From an uncultured delta proteobacterium (lineage in GTDB: Bacteria; Desulfobacterota; Desulfobacteria; Desulfobacterales; Desulfosalsimonadaceae), in the NCBI GenBank assembly GCA_963826785.1, contig CAWGYD010000010.1:1-64000 (forward strand): a DNA stretch of 64,000 nt. Reading direction: 5' to 3'. The translations under genes were made by a program, and so were the position numbers. Shown in pieces: positions 49,741 through 60,723 of the stretch (positions are counted from its first letter, which is position 1; the number at the start of each line of letters is the position of its first letter). A model generated the notes under the pieces. It did not search any database, had not been told where the DNA came from, and saw nothing but the letters and a program-made list of their open reading frames with translations.

Positions 49741-50348
49741 CCGCCGTTCTTGGCATCGAAATGACCGCCCGGCAGTTTCCGGGTCATCCCCTTGCGGTGA
49801 CGGGCGCGGCCCGGATTTGCCAGACCGCTGCCATCTTTATGATTTTTCGGGTCTGGAACAAGGGCCCGGCGGTTTTCGGGCTGGTGCGCGGCCGCATTTT
49901 CCAGGGAATGTACAAAGGGTTTGTCTGGTCGCTGGGATTTGCAGCGGCAGCCGCGATCGCGGGACTCGGGTTGTATCTTGCGGGGCTTGATCCGGTTTCC
50001 TTGCTGAAGATGAGGCTGCCCGGGTCCGTGGGTCAGCTGGCGCTGTTTTATCTGGTGGCCGGGGTGGTGGGACCGGTTGCCGAGGAAGTCTTTTTCAGGG
50101 GGGTCATCTACGGGTATTTCAGGGACCTGCTGTATCCGGTGTCAAAAAGCGCAGCTGTTTTGCTTGCGGTGCTGGCGACCACCTCCCTGTTCGTGGCGGC
50201 CCATTCCCACCTGAGCGTGATCCCGGTTCCCCAGATTGTCGGCGGGATCATCTTCTGTCTGGCCTATGAGGCGGAGAAGAACCTCATGGTGCCGGTGATC
50301 ATTCACAGCCTGGGCAACATGGCCCTGTTTACGCTTTCACTTTTTTAG
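49695..50348 (+). CDS. CPBP-family (CAAX/Abi, Rce1-like) intramembrane glutamic protease
   Basis: GPVAEEVFFRG (EExxxR), LFVAAH (FxxxH) and IHSLGN (HxxxN). Confidence 0.9.
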   Translation: MDTAPVRFFPAIFAVAAVLGIEMTARQFPGHPLAVTGAARICQTAAIFMIFRVWNKGPAVFGLVRGRIFQGMYKGFVWSLGFAAAAAIAGLGLYLAGLDPVSLLKMRLPGSVGQLALFYLVAGVVGPVAEEVFFRGVIYGYFRDLLYPVSKSAAVLLAVLATTSLFVAAHSHLSVIPVPQIVGGIIFCLAYEAEKNLMVPVIIHSLGNMALFTLSLF

Positions 50349-52759
50349 GGCCGTCTTCCATTGCGGCTACGAGATCTGAGGATTCACGGTTCTGGTCCAG
50401 TACACTGCGCACGTGTGTGGCCAGCTGCTGAAAAGTCAGCGGTTTGAACACCAGGGCCCGGATACCGATCTGACGTGCGGTGGATTCATCGATTTTGGGA
50501 TTGTAACCGGTGCACAGGATCACCGGAATATCCGCCCGGGTCAACATCATGGCCATTGCCAGTTGATCCCCGTCCATTTCCGGCATGGTCATATCCGATA
50601 TGACCAAGTCATACGATTCAGGCGCCTGCCGGAATTTGCGCAATGCGTCCATGCTGCTCATGCAGGCCTCCACCCGGTAGCCGAGAAATTCCAGCATTTC
50701 CCGGCCGGTGTCGATGATCGTTTCCTCGTCATCCACCAGCAGGATGGTTTCCGTTCCGGTGGGCATGGAAACCTGCTCGGGGCTCAATTCCTCATCTTCT
50801 GCGAGAAGATTTTCTTCCAGAAGGGGCAGGTACACATAAAATTCGGTTTTCCGGCCCAATCGGCTGGAAAAAGAAATGGAACCGCCATGCTTCTGGACGA
50901 TTCCCTGGGCCACGGCCAGACCCAGGCCGGTTCCCATCTGCTTTTCCTTGGTGGTGTAATACGGGTCGAAAATCCGTTTCCGATCTTCGGGCCGGATCCC
51001 CTTGCCCGTATCGCTCACCGTAATCTTAAGATAGTGGCCGGGTTTTAACCCCGATGACTCGTCCCCGTCTGTTGGGGAGATTTTTTCTCTGGCGGTGGAC
51101 AGCTTCAGCATCCCGCCGGTCTCCCTCATGGATTGGCCGGCATTGGTGCCCAGGTTCATGATGACCTGGTGAATCTGGGCGGAATCGGCTTCCACGAGAC
51201 CGGCACAGGCATCCAGGTTTTCCTGGATTTCAATGGATGCCGGCAGGGTCGCCCGAAGCAGTCTGGACACATCCAATATGATCCGGTTGATGTCTATGGG
51301 TTTTCGCTTCTGCTCGGTCTGGCGGCTGATGGACAGGATCTGCCGGACCAGTTCCCGTGCCCGGGTTCCGGCCTTGAAGACCTCTTCCAGGTATTGATGG
51401 ACTTTGTCTTCGGGGTTTACATGAATCCTGGACAATTCAATATATCCCAGGATCGCCGACAAGATATTGTTGAAATCGTGGGCAATGCCGCCGGCCAGGG
51501 TTCCGATGGCCTCCATTTTCTGGGCCTTGATCAACTGGTTTTCGAGACTTCGCTGGGCGGTGACATCATGATAGACGGTGAGGATAAAAAAATCATCCCG
51601 GATCTGCACCATTTTTGCATAAAGCTGGACCTGCACGGGGATACCCTGTTTGTCCAGGGCCGTCATTTCATGTCCGGACACCTCGCCATCCGAGGTCAGT
51701 TTATCGATGAAGCGCTGGTAATCCTCGGCCGGAAAGCCCACTTCGATGGTCTTTTTCTGGATCACCGACTTGCGGGGATGCCGGATAAACTGGCAGAATT
51801 TCTCATTGACATCGATGATTTTTCCGGTGAGGTTCGTCAGTGAAATGGGCTGGGGACTCAGGTTGAACAGGTACCGGAATTTGATCTCACTTTCCCGCAG
51901 CGCGTCCTCGATTTTTTTCTGGTCGGAGAGATCCGAGGCCACCCCGATGAACCCGACGGCCCGGCCGGATTCATCCCGCTGCAGCGTGGTGGTCATGTGA
52001 GTGGAAAACCGGGAGCCGTCGGACCGGATATGTCCGACCTCCCCGCTGTGATATCCCTTGCGGAGGACTTTGCGGTTGAAGGGCATGACCTCGTATAGAT
52101 TCTGGTCGTCATCATGAAAAATGCCGAGATGCTTGCCCGGAAGGGTCTGGGGGAGAATATCCGTGCATATCCGACCATGCCTGGTTCGCATAAGTGATGA
52201 TGCCGTTTAAATCGGCGGTGGCAACCCCTTCACCAATCTGTTCTACGATGTTGATCAGCCGGTAAAGACGGGTTTCGGTGGTTTTGCGTTCGGTAATGTT
52301 TTTGATCAGAAACAGCAGGCATTTGCGTTCCGGCAGGAAGACGGATTTGACGCGGACCTCGACCCATAGATCCTGTCCGGACCGATCCCGGGTCAGCCAT
52401 TCAAAAACCTGGGGAGTATCCGACCACGCCTTTTGATGACGGGCGAGCCCGTCCTTAAATGAATAGGGCTCCGCGCCGTTGTAGAGAATCTGAAGCTTGC
52501 GTTCGGAGATCTCATCGGGGGAATACCCGAACATCTCGCTTAAGATCGGATTGAAATCGGTGATCACATCCGCTTCCGGATCATAGAGGATAAAGGCATC
52601 ATCCACCGACTCAAGAATGGTCCGGTTACGGCTCTGCGTGTCTTTGCAGGTTTGGGCAAGTAAATTCAGCCGGCGCTTCAACACCCGGTTCCATTTGAAG
52701 AGAACCGCCAGCACGGCAGCCGTCATACCGACCAGTGCAATTATCAGAAAATCGAGCAT
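50329..52759 (-). pseudogene. PAS-domain hybrid sensor histidine kinase/response regulator, frameshifted at ~52150
   Basis: TM, PAS and the start of a second PAS in 52112-52759; the rest of that PAS, a third PAS, HisKA (AGGIAHDFNNIL), HATPase (DTGKGI, GTGLGL) and REC (LVDDE, SDMTMP) in 50329-52191. Removing one base from the G5 run at 52149-52153 joins the two. Confidence 0.85.
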
Positions 52760-53005
52760 GCCATAACCACCCGTGCGGCATCAAGTCACCTGACCTGCAG
52801 TGCAATTTCAGGTGCCGCCTGAATCAGAAATTTTAAAAGAACTAAAAGAAAATGAGATTTCGCCCGGATGCCAAAGTCACCCCATACTTCAAGCGGCGCT
52901 TTTCCAGTTTTTTTGCGCGACCGCTAAGTGAATCTCCCTGGTTGTAAATGACATCGAAACGCATCGCTTCGATTTCCAGTGGCAGAGAACCGGCCCTTTC
53001 CCGTA

Positions 53006-54139
53006 TTATTTTCCGCCCAGAAACTGCAGCAGGATATTGAGCATCCTTCGCACCGGTTCTGCAGCCCCCCACAGGAGCTGGTCCCCCACAGTAAAAAGGG
53101 TGAGGTACCGGGGGCCCATATTGAGTTTACGGATCCGGCCCACCGGAACGCTCAGCTTTCCGGTCACCGCGGCGGGGGTGAGGTGCTTGAGGGTTTCTGC
53201 TTTGGTGTTTTCGACCACCTTGACCCATTCATTGGCCTCTGCGATGATGGCTTCAATGTCTGCCAGGGGAAGGTCCCGATTGAGCTTGATGGTCAGTGCC
53301 TGGCTGTGGCACCGCATGGCCCCGACCCGCACGCAGATGCCGTCTATGGGGATTTGCGGGTTCATTTGCAGGATCTTATTGGTCTCGGCGGACCCTTTCC
53401 ATTCTTCACGGGTCTGGCCGTTTTCCATGGCACTGTCAATCCATGGAATGACGCTGCCGGCCAGAGGCGCGCCAAAATGGGTCACCGGGAATTCATTGTC
53501 ACCCAGCAGGTCGCACACGCCCCGGTCCAGTTCCAGAATGGCCGATTCCGGATCGGCCAGCATCTCTTTGGCGAAATCCCCGATGCAGGCCATCTGGGAG
53601 ATCAGTTCGCGCATGTTTTTGGCGCCGGCCCCGGATGCCGCCTGGTAGGTCATGCTGCTCAACCATTCGATGTACCCTTTTTGAAAGAGGCCGCCGATGG
53701 CCATGAGCATCAGGCTGACCGTGCAGTTGCCGCCGATATAATTCCGGATCCCCCCGGCAAGCCCCTGGTCGATGACATTGCGGTTCACCGGATCGAGGAT
53801 GATGATGCTGTCGTCGTTCATGCGCAGGGCGGATGCGGCATCGATCCAGTATCCCTTCCACCCCGCGGCCCGGAGCTGGGGGAAGACCTTCTTGGTGTAA
53901 TCGCCCCCCTGGCAGGTGACGATAATGTCCAGTTCGGAAAGAAACTTGATGTCATAGGCGTCTTTTAGCGGCGGCACATCCATGCCGGTATCCGTGCCGA
54001 TCTTAGGTCCCGGCTGCCCCGCCTGGGAAGTGGAGGCAAACACCGGTTCAAAGTCATGGAAATCCTTTTCCTCCAGCATCCGGTTCATCAGCACGGATCC
54101 CACCATTCCGCGCCAACCGATAAAGCCCACCTTCAACAT
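53006..54139 (-). CDS. asd: Aspartate-semialdehyde dehydrogenase (E. coli-like clade)
   Basis: VGFIGWRGMVGSVL, IDAASALRM, GGNCTVS, YQAASGAG and GDQLLWGAAEP. Confidence 0.96.
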   Translation of the reverse strand: MLKVGFIGWRGMVGSVLMNRMLEEKDFHDFEPVFASTSQAGQPGPKIGTDTGMDVPPLKDAYDIKFLSELDIIVTCQGGDYTKKVFPQLRAAGWKGYWIDAASALRMNDDSIIILDPVNRNVIDQGLAGGIRNYIGGNCTVSLMLMAIGGLFQKGYIEWLSSMTYQAASGAGAKNMRELISQMACIGDFAKEMLADPESAILELDRGVCDLLGDNEFPVTHFGAPLAGSVIPWIDSAMENGQTREEWKGSAETNKILQMNPQIPIDGICVRVGAMRCHSQALTIKLNRDLPLADIEAIIAEANEWVKVVENTKAETLKHLTPAAVTGKLSVPVGRIRKLNMGPRYLTLFTVGDQLLWGAAEPVRRMLNILLQFLGGK

Positions 54140-54337
54140 GAAACCCCATCCTTTCTAAAAATTTCGTTGCGATTCACCCAACCTGCATCCAAAAGCTGCA
54201 CAATCTTCATTTTTATAAACTTTTTGAAGGACTTGTCAACATCAACTTTTGGGTTGAGCAAAGGCTTGCGACTCTGGTATATACCCTCAAGCTGTCTTTT
54301 AACACCCAATCCCATTTATCTATAAGAGATTTTCCAA

Positions 54338-55570
54338 ATGCCGATATACGAGTACAATGCATTAAATATAAAAGGAAAAAACAAAACCGATATCATCGAC
54401 GCGGAAAGTATCGCTGCCGCCCGGCAGAAATTGAGGGCGGTCAATATTTATCCGATCTCCATCCAGGAAGTCTATGAACGGGTATCCGTAAGCAAAGAAC
54501 GTCCTTTTTTTCTGGATCGCCCCTTTCTGACCCGGATCAAACCGATGGAAGTGGCCATGATGACCCGGCAGCTTTCCACCCTCCTGAGCGCCGGATTTCC
54601 CCTGGTCTCGGCCCTTGCCGCCCTGATTCCCCAGACCCCTTCCCCTCGGTTCAAGCGGGTCCTGTCGCGGATTAAAGACGCCATCGAGGAAGGAAGCAGC
54701 TTTGCCGCCGCATTGGCCCAGTATCCCGAAATTTTTTCCCAGATCTACATCAATATGGTCGATTCCGGTGAGTCCTCGGGGACATTGGAACTGGTGCTCC
54801 AGCGCCTGGCCGATATCAGCGAACGGCAGCAGCAACTCCTTCAAAAGATCCGCTCCGCCATGGCCTATCCCATATTGATGTCGATTGTGGGTGTGCTGAT
54901 CCTGTTTTTCCTGCTCACCTATATCGTCCCCTCCATGACCTCGATATTTTCGGACATGGGCCAGCAGCTTCCGGCACCCACCCGGTTCCTGATTGCCACC
55001 AGCAAGTTTTTGAAAAACTGGTGGTGGATGCTGCTCAGCGGAATTGCGCTGACGGTATACGGTGTCCACCGCTTTAAAAAAACCGCCAGGGGGAAATACC
55101 GGTTTGACAAGATTGCGCTTTCACTGCCCATGGTGGGAAGCCTGACCCGGAAACTGGCCGTCAGCCGTTTTTCACGTACACTGGGGACCCTGCTTGAAAA
55201 CGGCGTTTCCCTGCTGCCGGCCCTCCATATCGTCAAAAATGTGGTGGGGAACCAACTGATCGCGGACATGATCGAACATGCAGCCGAAGAAGTGGAAAAA
55301 GGAAACAGCCTGGGCAAGTCTCTTGACGCCCCCCCTCACCTGTTCCCGAGCATTTCCATTCAGATGGTCCAGGTGGGCGAGCAGAGCGGCGACATGGAAA
55401 CCATGCTCAACAAGGTAGGGGACATGTTCGAAAATGAAATCGAAGCCGCCGTCACGGGGCTGACCGCCCTGCTGGAGCCGGCCATCATCCTGATTATGGG
55501 CGTGATCGTGGCATTCATCGTTTTGTCCATCTGCCTGCCCATATTCGAGATGAATCAGCTGATCAAGTAG
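54338..55570 (+). CDS. gspF: Type II secretion inner-membrane platform protein GspF
   Basis: TRQLSTLL.AG.PL, GESSGTL, AM.YP, RFSRTLGTLL, GEQSG and LLEP. Confidence 0.92.
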   Translation: MPIYEYNALNIKGKNKTDIIDAESIAAARQKLRAVNIYPISIQEVYERVSVSKERPFFLDRPFLTRIKPMEVAMMTRQLSTLLSAGFPLVSALAALIPQTPSPRFKRVLSRIKDAIEEGSSFAAALAQYPEIFSQIYINMVDSGESSGTLELVLQRLADISERQQQLLQKIRSAMAYPILMSIVGVLILFFLLTYIVPSMTSIFSDMGQQLPAPTRFLIATSKFLKNWWWMLLSGIALTVYGVHRFKKTARGKYRFDKIALSLPMVGSLTRKLAVSRFSRTLGTLLENGVSLLPALHIVKNVVGNQLIADMIEHAAEEVEKGNSLGKSLDAPPHLFPSISIQMVQVGEQSGDMETMLNKVGDMFENEIEAAVTGLTALLEPAIILIMGVIVAFIVLSICLPIFEMNQLIK

Positions 55571-55574
55571 GCCT

Positions 55575-56570
55575 TCAAAAATGATAGCAAAAGGAGAGGC
55601 AGAGCCCCATTCCGGCAGGCTTGATGCTGATTTCCGAGTAGCGTTTCATACCGCTGATGTATTGGCGCTTCTTTTCTTCATTGTACTTGTGCGCGCTGTT
55701 TATGCCGCCGTAGATGCTTCCCGAGTAAAATCCGAGCTCCGCTGCGGAAAGGATTCCGCCGATGGCATACAGGTCATGATCGAAACTTTCGTATGCGGCA
55801 TATCCGAAAGCGCCGTTTAAGATGAAAGCAAACAGCGCATCCCGGTAGCGTCCGGTATACAGATACCCCCCGCCCGGAATGATCGAGGCCATTCCCGCAA
55901 TAAAAGGGCTTTTCCCGCCGATCTTCTTTTCTTTTTCGATCTGACCTAAAAGTTCGTTCACATGGTACAGCGGCCAGGCATCCTCGCTGATGGCTGAAAA
56001 GGCCTGGAGGCTGCTTTCCGAATCACCGGTTTCAAGATAGAGCCATCCCAGCTGGGAGAGGACCCTGTTTCGGGTCCGGGCAGACGGGGTCATGGCGACG
56101 ACCTGCCGTAAAATATCAATGGCCGCCGCATCATTGCCCATCAGCCGATAGCTCCTGCTGATCTGGAGCGCGCTGTCGATGGCGATTTCCTGGTCGCTGA
56201 AATTTTTGAAAACTTTTTCGAACTGGCGAATCGCCGCCGAATAGGATTCCTGGAAAAAATAGGCCATCCCGGCGTTGTACATGGCTTCGGGTACCCGGGG
56301 GTCCTGCGGGAAGAAATAGGTGAAGCGCTGAAATTCATCCGCAGCGCACGAAAATTGATCGTTGTTAAAGCACTGCCGGGCAAATTCAAACTGCTTGTCC
56401 GCATCGATCACGATGCCGGGGGAAGTTTCGGTCGCGCCGCATGCTGCGACAGCGGCAAAGAAAAGTATGGCGAACAGCAGAAAAAAGGGCGGGATGGCGG
56501 GCAGATGCCGGGACAGAACACGTACAGAGCGGTTATGGTTCATTAAGTTCGCCTTCTGGTGGTGATGCAA
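55575..56570 (-). CDS. TPR-containing putative lipoprotein with a hydrophobic Gly-rich C-terminal domain
   Basis: Lipobox-like VAAC, TPR helices (AMYNAGMAYF, LGWLYL), and C-terminal SIIPGGGYLYTG. Start may be at 56543. Confidence 0.65.
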   Translation of the reverse strand: MHHHQKANLMNHNRSVRVLSRHLPAIPPFFLLFAILFFAAVAACGATETSPGIVIDADKQFEFARQCFNNDQFSCAADEFQRFTYFFPQDPRVPEAMYNAGMAYFFQESYSAAIRQFEKVFKNFSDQEIAIDSALQISRSYRLMGNDAAAIDILRQVVAMTPSARTRNRVLSQLGWLYLETGDSESSLQAFSAISEDAWPLYHVNELLGQIEKEKKIGGKSPFIAGMASIIPGGGYLYTGRYRDALFAFILNGAFGYAAYESFDHDLYAIGGILSAAELGFYSGSIYGGINSAHKYNEEKKRQYISGMKRYSEISIKPAGMGLCLSFCYHF

Positions 56571-56692
56571 TCAACCGTTATTCGTTCGAAATGATCGGGA
56601 AACCACCCGCTTTTTCGCCCTGCATGTAATCCGCGCGCCCGGTTTTTCAGAAGATCAAAGCAGACGGTGCGGAAAAAGGCATATTTTACGGA

Positions 56693-58432
56693 CTATGTCT
56701 GGGTGACGCGCAGCACCTCTTCGATGGTGGTGGTTCCTGCCAGTACTTTATGGATGCCGTCATGAAACAGGGTGATCATCCCCTGCTTGATCGCCTGATT
56801 CTTGATCTGGTGCGAGTCATGGGTCTTTAAGATGAGATTCTGCAGGATTTCATCCAAGACCATGATTTCGTATATTCCGATGCGTCCCTTGTAGCCGCTG
56901 CCGAAACATTTCTGGCATCCATTGGAGCGGTAAATGGTGGGTCTCTGCGCCTGTCCGGGATCGAGGCCCAGCATCTTCATGGTTTCATCATCGGGTTGAT
57001 ACGCTTCCCGGCATTCGGCACACAGAACCCGGACCAGGCGCTGGGCGATGACCGCGATGACCGAAGAAGAGATCAAAAACGGCTCCACTCCGATATCCAC
57101 CAGCCGGGTAATGGCGGCGGCCGAATCATTGGTATGAAGGGTCGAGAAGACCAGGTGGCCCGTGAGCGCGGACTGGACACCGATTTCAGCGGTTTCCTGA
57201 TCCCGCATTTCCCCGATCAGGATCACGTCCGGGTCCTGGCGCACGATGGAGCGCAGCCCCCGGGCAAAGGTCAGCTCGATTTTCGGATTCACCTGGATCT
57301 GGCTGATCCCCTTGAGCTGGTATTCCACCGGGTCCTCGATGGTGATGATGTTGATATCCGGAGAGTTGATCTTCGACAGGATCGCATAGAGGGAGGTGGT
57401 TTTTCCGCTCCCCGTCGGGCCGGTGACCAGGATGATGCCGTGGGATGATCGGATCAGTTTATTGATCACCTTCAGTTTTTCATCATTGAGCCCCAGTTCC
57501 GAAAGCCCCAGCAGGGACAGAGACTTGTTCAGCAGCCGCAGGACCAGCCGCTCCCCATAGGTAATGGGGATGGTGGAGACGCGGATATCGATATTCTGGT
57601 CCCCGATCTTCACCCCGAATCGGCCGTCCTGGGGCAGCCGCTTTTCGGCGATGTTCATCTTGGCCATGACCTTGATTCTGGAGATCAGGGGCGACTGCAT
57701 CCATTTGGGCGGGGTGAGCAGGTCATAGAGGACCCCGTCCACCCGGTACCGGATCTTGAAATTGTTCTGGTACGGCTCGATATGGATGTCACTGGCGCCG
57801 CTTTTTACCGACTGGGAAATGATATGGTTGACCAGCTTGATGATGGGCGCGTCGCTGGTGTCATCCAGCAGGTCGGCGGTTTCCTCGATCTCGCTGATGA
57901 TGTCGTAGCCGTTTTCCTCCATGTCCGCCACCAGCTGCTGGGCGGTGTCCCGGCTGCTGTCATAGGCCGTGTTGATCAGGGAGAAGATGGAATCCCGGCT
58001 GGTGAGCACCAGGTCATATTCATCGATATCCAGAATCCGTACCAGGTCATCGATCTGCTGAAAGGCGGACGGATCGTTTAAGGCGATCAGGATGCGGCCG
58101 TTTGGGCTATTTGGGCCGGGCTCTCCTTCCGGCAGCCCGGGAACGGGCTGATCGGTCTTTAACGGGACCATGGCATATTTTTTTAGAAACTGGATGGAAA
58201 CCTGCCTGGAAAATCCGGTGTCGAAATCCTCCAGAAACAATTTGGGCACATAGGGGATGTTGAACAGCTTGCTGTAGGCGTTGAGCAGCTGGGTTTCCGT
58301 CAGGACCTGCTTTTTCAGCAGCATTTCCGATAGACTCAGACTCTGTTCCAGGCTGGCCTGCTGGGCTTCCCTGAAGGACTCCTCGGGAATATCGAAATCA
58401 GAACTCAAGATGGTAGAAAGACGTTTTAGCAT
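56693..58432 (-). CDS. gspE: Type II secretion ATPase GspE
   Basis: ASDIHIEP, RLPQDG, GPTGSGKTT, EDPVEY, RQDPD...GEMRD, TLHTN and CxxC motifs. Confidence 0.95.
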   Translation of the reverse strand: MLKRLSTILSSDFDIPEESFREAQQASLEQSLSLSEMLLKKQVLTETQLLNAYSKLFNIPYVPKLFLEDFDTGFSRQVSIQFLKKYAMVPLKTDQPVPGLPEGEPGPNSPNGRILIALNDPSAFQQIDDLVRILDIDEYDLVLTSRDSIFSLINTAYDSSRDTAQQLVADMEENGYDIISEIEETADLLDDTSDAPIIKLVNHIISQSVKSGASDIHIEPYQNNFKIRYRVDGVLYDLLTPPKWMQSPLISRIKVMAKMNIAEKRLPQDGRFGVKIGDQNIDIRVSTIPITYGERLVLRLLNKSLSLLGLSELGLNDEKLKVINKLIRSSHGIILVTGPTGSGKTTSLYAILSKINSPDINIITIEDPVEYQLKGISQIQVNPKIELTFARGLRSIVRQDPDVILIGEMRDQETAEIGVQSALTGHLVFSTLHTNDSAAAITRLVDIGVEPFLISSSVIAVIAQRLVRVLCAECREAYQPDDETMKMLGLDPGQAQRPTIYRSNGCQKCFGSGYKGRIGIYEIMVLDEILQNLILKTHDSHQIKNQAIKQGMITLFHDGIHKVLAGTTTIEEVLRVTQT

Positions 58433-58614
58433 AATCGACTCGTAAAAGGGGTGAGGCGTCTTGCTTTCTGCAATATAACATATCACATGATCATATGCCA
58501 GCGGCAATATGCAATGCAGGGCCCAAAAAGCCGTATTTGCGGCAATTGATACAGCGACGCGCTTTTAAAAAGCCGGGTGATGGTAATTTATGCGCATCAC
58601 CCGGTCATCATTTG

Positions 58615-60630
58615 TTATTCTTCAAGGTTTCCGGGAGCTTTGAAAACATCACTTGCTTTAAAATCGTAAAGCTTGATTTCCCCCTGCTGAAGCTTGTCCA
58701 CCTGCCCCTGCTTTTCTTCATAGAGCGCCTTGGCTTCGGCCGCCCCTTCCACCACATGCGGGGTCAGAAAGACGAACAGGTTGGTTTTCTCGTGCCCTTT
58801 GCCCTCGGAGCGGAACAGCCATCCCACCACCGGGATGCTGCCCAGGCAGGGGACCTTGTACTCCGTGGAGGAGAGGCTGTCATCGATCAAGCCGCCGATC
58901 ACGATGGTGTTCTTGTCATTGACCACCACGGTGGTGTCGATGGTCCGCTTCAGGGTGGTGGGCTGGAACAGGTCGGTGGTGGATTCGAGTTTCGTGACCT
59001 CCTGGGCGATTTCCAGCCGGACCTGGCGGTCTTTGCTGATCTGGGGTGTGATTTCCAGCATGATGCCCACGTCCTTGTATTCATAATTGCTGTAATTGGT
59101 ATCCCCGGTGGCCGCCTTGGTCAGGTAGGGGACGTTCTTGCCCACCTGGATCTTGGCCGTTTGATTATCCGTGGTCATAATCTGGGGAGTGGACAGGATA
59201 TGCACGTCCTTGTCTTTTTTGTAGGCGCTGACGAGTGCGGCGATGGTGGGGAAAGTGACGTTGCCCACGGTGATCCCCTCACCGAATACCCCCAGGGAAA
59301 ACCCGGGAGGAAGCAGCGACGGCTGGCCCGTGGCGCCGGATATGGCCGACTGGATAAATCCGGGATCCCCGCCCAGGGCGCCGCCGGAAAATCCGGTCCC
59401 GTAGACGCCCTTCTTGTCTCCGTAACTGGCGTTGCCGCCGACAATCCATTCCGTGCCCATGTTCAGGGACCGCTCCTTGTTGATTTCCATGATCAGGCAT
59501 TCGATATACACCATGGAGCGCTGCACATCGAGCTTCTTGATGATCTCTTCAAGGATTTCATAATCATCTTTTTCCGCACGGATAATCAGGCTGTTGGTGG
59601 CCTTGTCCGCGGTGATCTTGACCCCTTCGGACACGATGGGGGCCAGGGGCTTGCCTTTTTCATCCGCGGGAGCCCCCCCCTTGGAGGGGAGTTCCTGGAG
59701 CACGCCTGCCAGTTCCTCGGCCTTGGCGTTTTCCAGATAGTAGACATGAATTTTTTCGCTTCCCCGGGGCATCTCCTTGTCCAGCATGCCGATCAGCCGC
59801 TTGACCTGTTCGATATCCGCCTCGGTCCCCATGGCAATCAGGATGTTGGTGCGGTCATCGGACACGAGGACCACCGATTTTTCGCTGCCGGGCCGCCGGG
59901 GCTGGTTATTGGCATTGAAAACCGAATCGATGATCTTCACCAGTTCCGCGGCATCCGCATGCTCGATGGGGAGCACGGAAATCTCCCTGCCGATGCCGGT
60001 GACGTCTATGGCTTCGATAATCCGCAGCAGCCGCAGGATGTTGGAATAGACGTCGGTGATCACCATCATGTTGGTGGGCTGATAGGAAAGCACCACGCTG
60101 CTTTTGGAGACCAGGGGGGCGACCAGCTGTTTGACTTCATTGGGGTCGGCATATTTCAGATGGATCAGCTGCGTCACAATTTTATCTTCGGGGCTTTGTT
60201 TCTCATCATGAAAACGGGTCTCGATATTCATGGTGCGGGCATAGGGCGACGGGATGATCTTGGTCACCTTGCCGGATTTGACGGTGGTATAATCATGCAC
60301 GTCTAATACCGACTCAAATACCTTGTAGGCTTCATCAACAGAGATCTTGGTGGGGGAGATGACGGTCACCTTTCCCTTGACCCGGGGATCGATGATAAAA
60401 TTCTGCCCGGTCAGTTCACTGATGAATTTGATGAACACCTCGATATCCACATTGTTGAAGTCAATGGATACAAACCGGTCCGAATTGGCTTCCCCTGCGG
60501 CAGCAGCGGCATCATTGGCAGGTGAATTTTCTTTGCTCTCCTGTGCATACAGAGATGCACCGGTCAGAAAAATTCCCATCACACAGCAAAACAACATCCA
60601 CACAAAAATTTTTCGCATAAGTCTCATCAT
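58615..60630 (-). CDS. gspD: Type II secretion secretin GspD
   Basis: N0 domain (DFNNVDI..FI...SELTGQNFIIDPRVKG), N repeats (NSLII) and secretin core (VIGGLI, KVP.LG.IP..GWLF). Confidence 0.95.
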   Translation of the reverse strand: MMRLMRKIFVWMLFCCVMGIFLTGASLYAQESKENSPANDAAAAAGEANSDRFVSIDFNNVDIEVFIKFISELTGQNFIIDPRVKGKVTVISPTKISVDEAYKVFESVLDVHDYTTVKSGKVTKIIPSPYARTMNIETRFHDEKQSPEDKIVTQLIHLKYADPNEVKQLVAPLVSKSSVVLSYQPTNMMVITDVYSNILRLLRIIEAIDVTGIGREISVLPIEHADAAELVKIIDSVFNANNQPRRPGSEKSVVLVSDDRTNILIAMGTEADIEQVKRLIGMLDKEMPRGSEKIHVYYLENAKAEELAGVLQELPSKGGAPADEKGKPLAPIVSEGVKITADKATNSLIIRAEKDDYEILEEIIKKLDVQRSMVYIECLIMEINKERSLNMGTEWIVGGNASYGDKKGVYGTGFSGGALGGDPGFIQSAISGATGQPSLLPPGFSLGVFGEGITVGNVTFPTIAALVSAYKKDKDVHILSTPQIMTTDNQTAKIQVGKNVPYLTKAATGDTNYSNYEYKDVGIMLEITPQISKDRQVRLEIAQEVTKLESTTDLFQPTTLKRTIDTTVVVNDKNTIVIGGLIDDSLSSTEYKVPCLGSIPVVGWLFRSEGKGHEKTNLFVFLTPHVVEGAAEAKALYEEKQGQVDKLQQGEIKLYDFKASDVFKAPGNLEE

Positions 60631-60723
60631 TTGTCTTCCGAATTGGGCCTTTCATGCCGCCGCCATTCAGCGGCGTTTTTGAAATGCCTTATTTAGAATT
60701 ATCCTCTATATCTGATTAACGAT

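Noticed and set aside
58495..60306. 603-aa plus-strand ORF and the many other long antisense or alternate-frame ORFs in the track
   Set aside because: They are shadows of well-supported genes (here gspD), as expected in GC-rich coding DNA.
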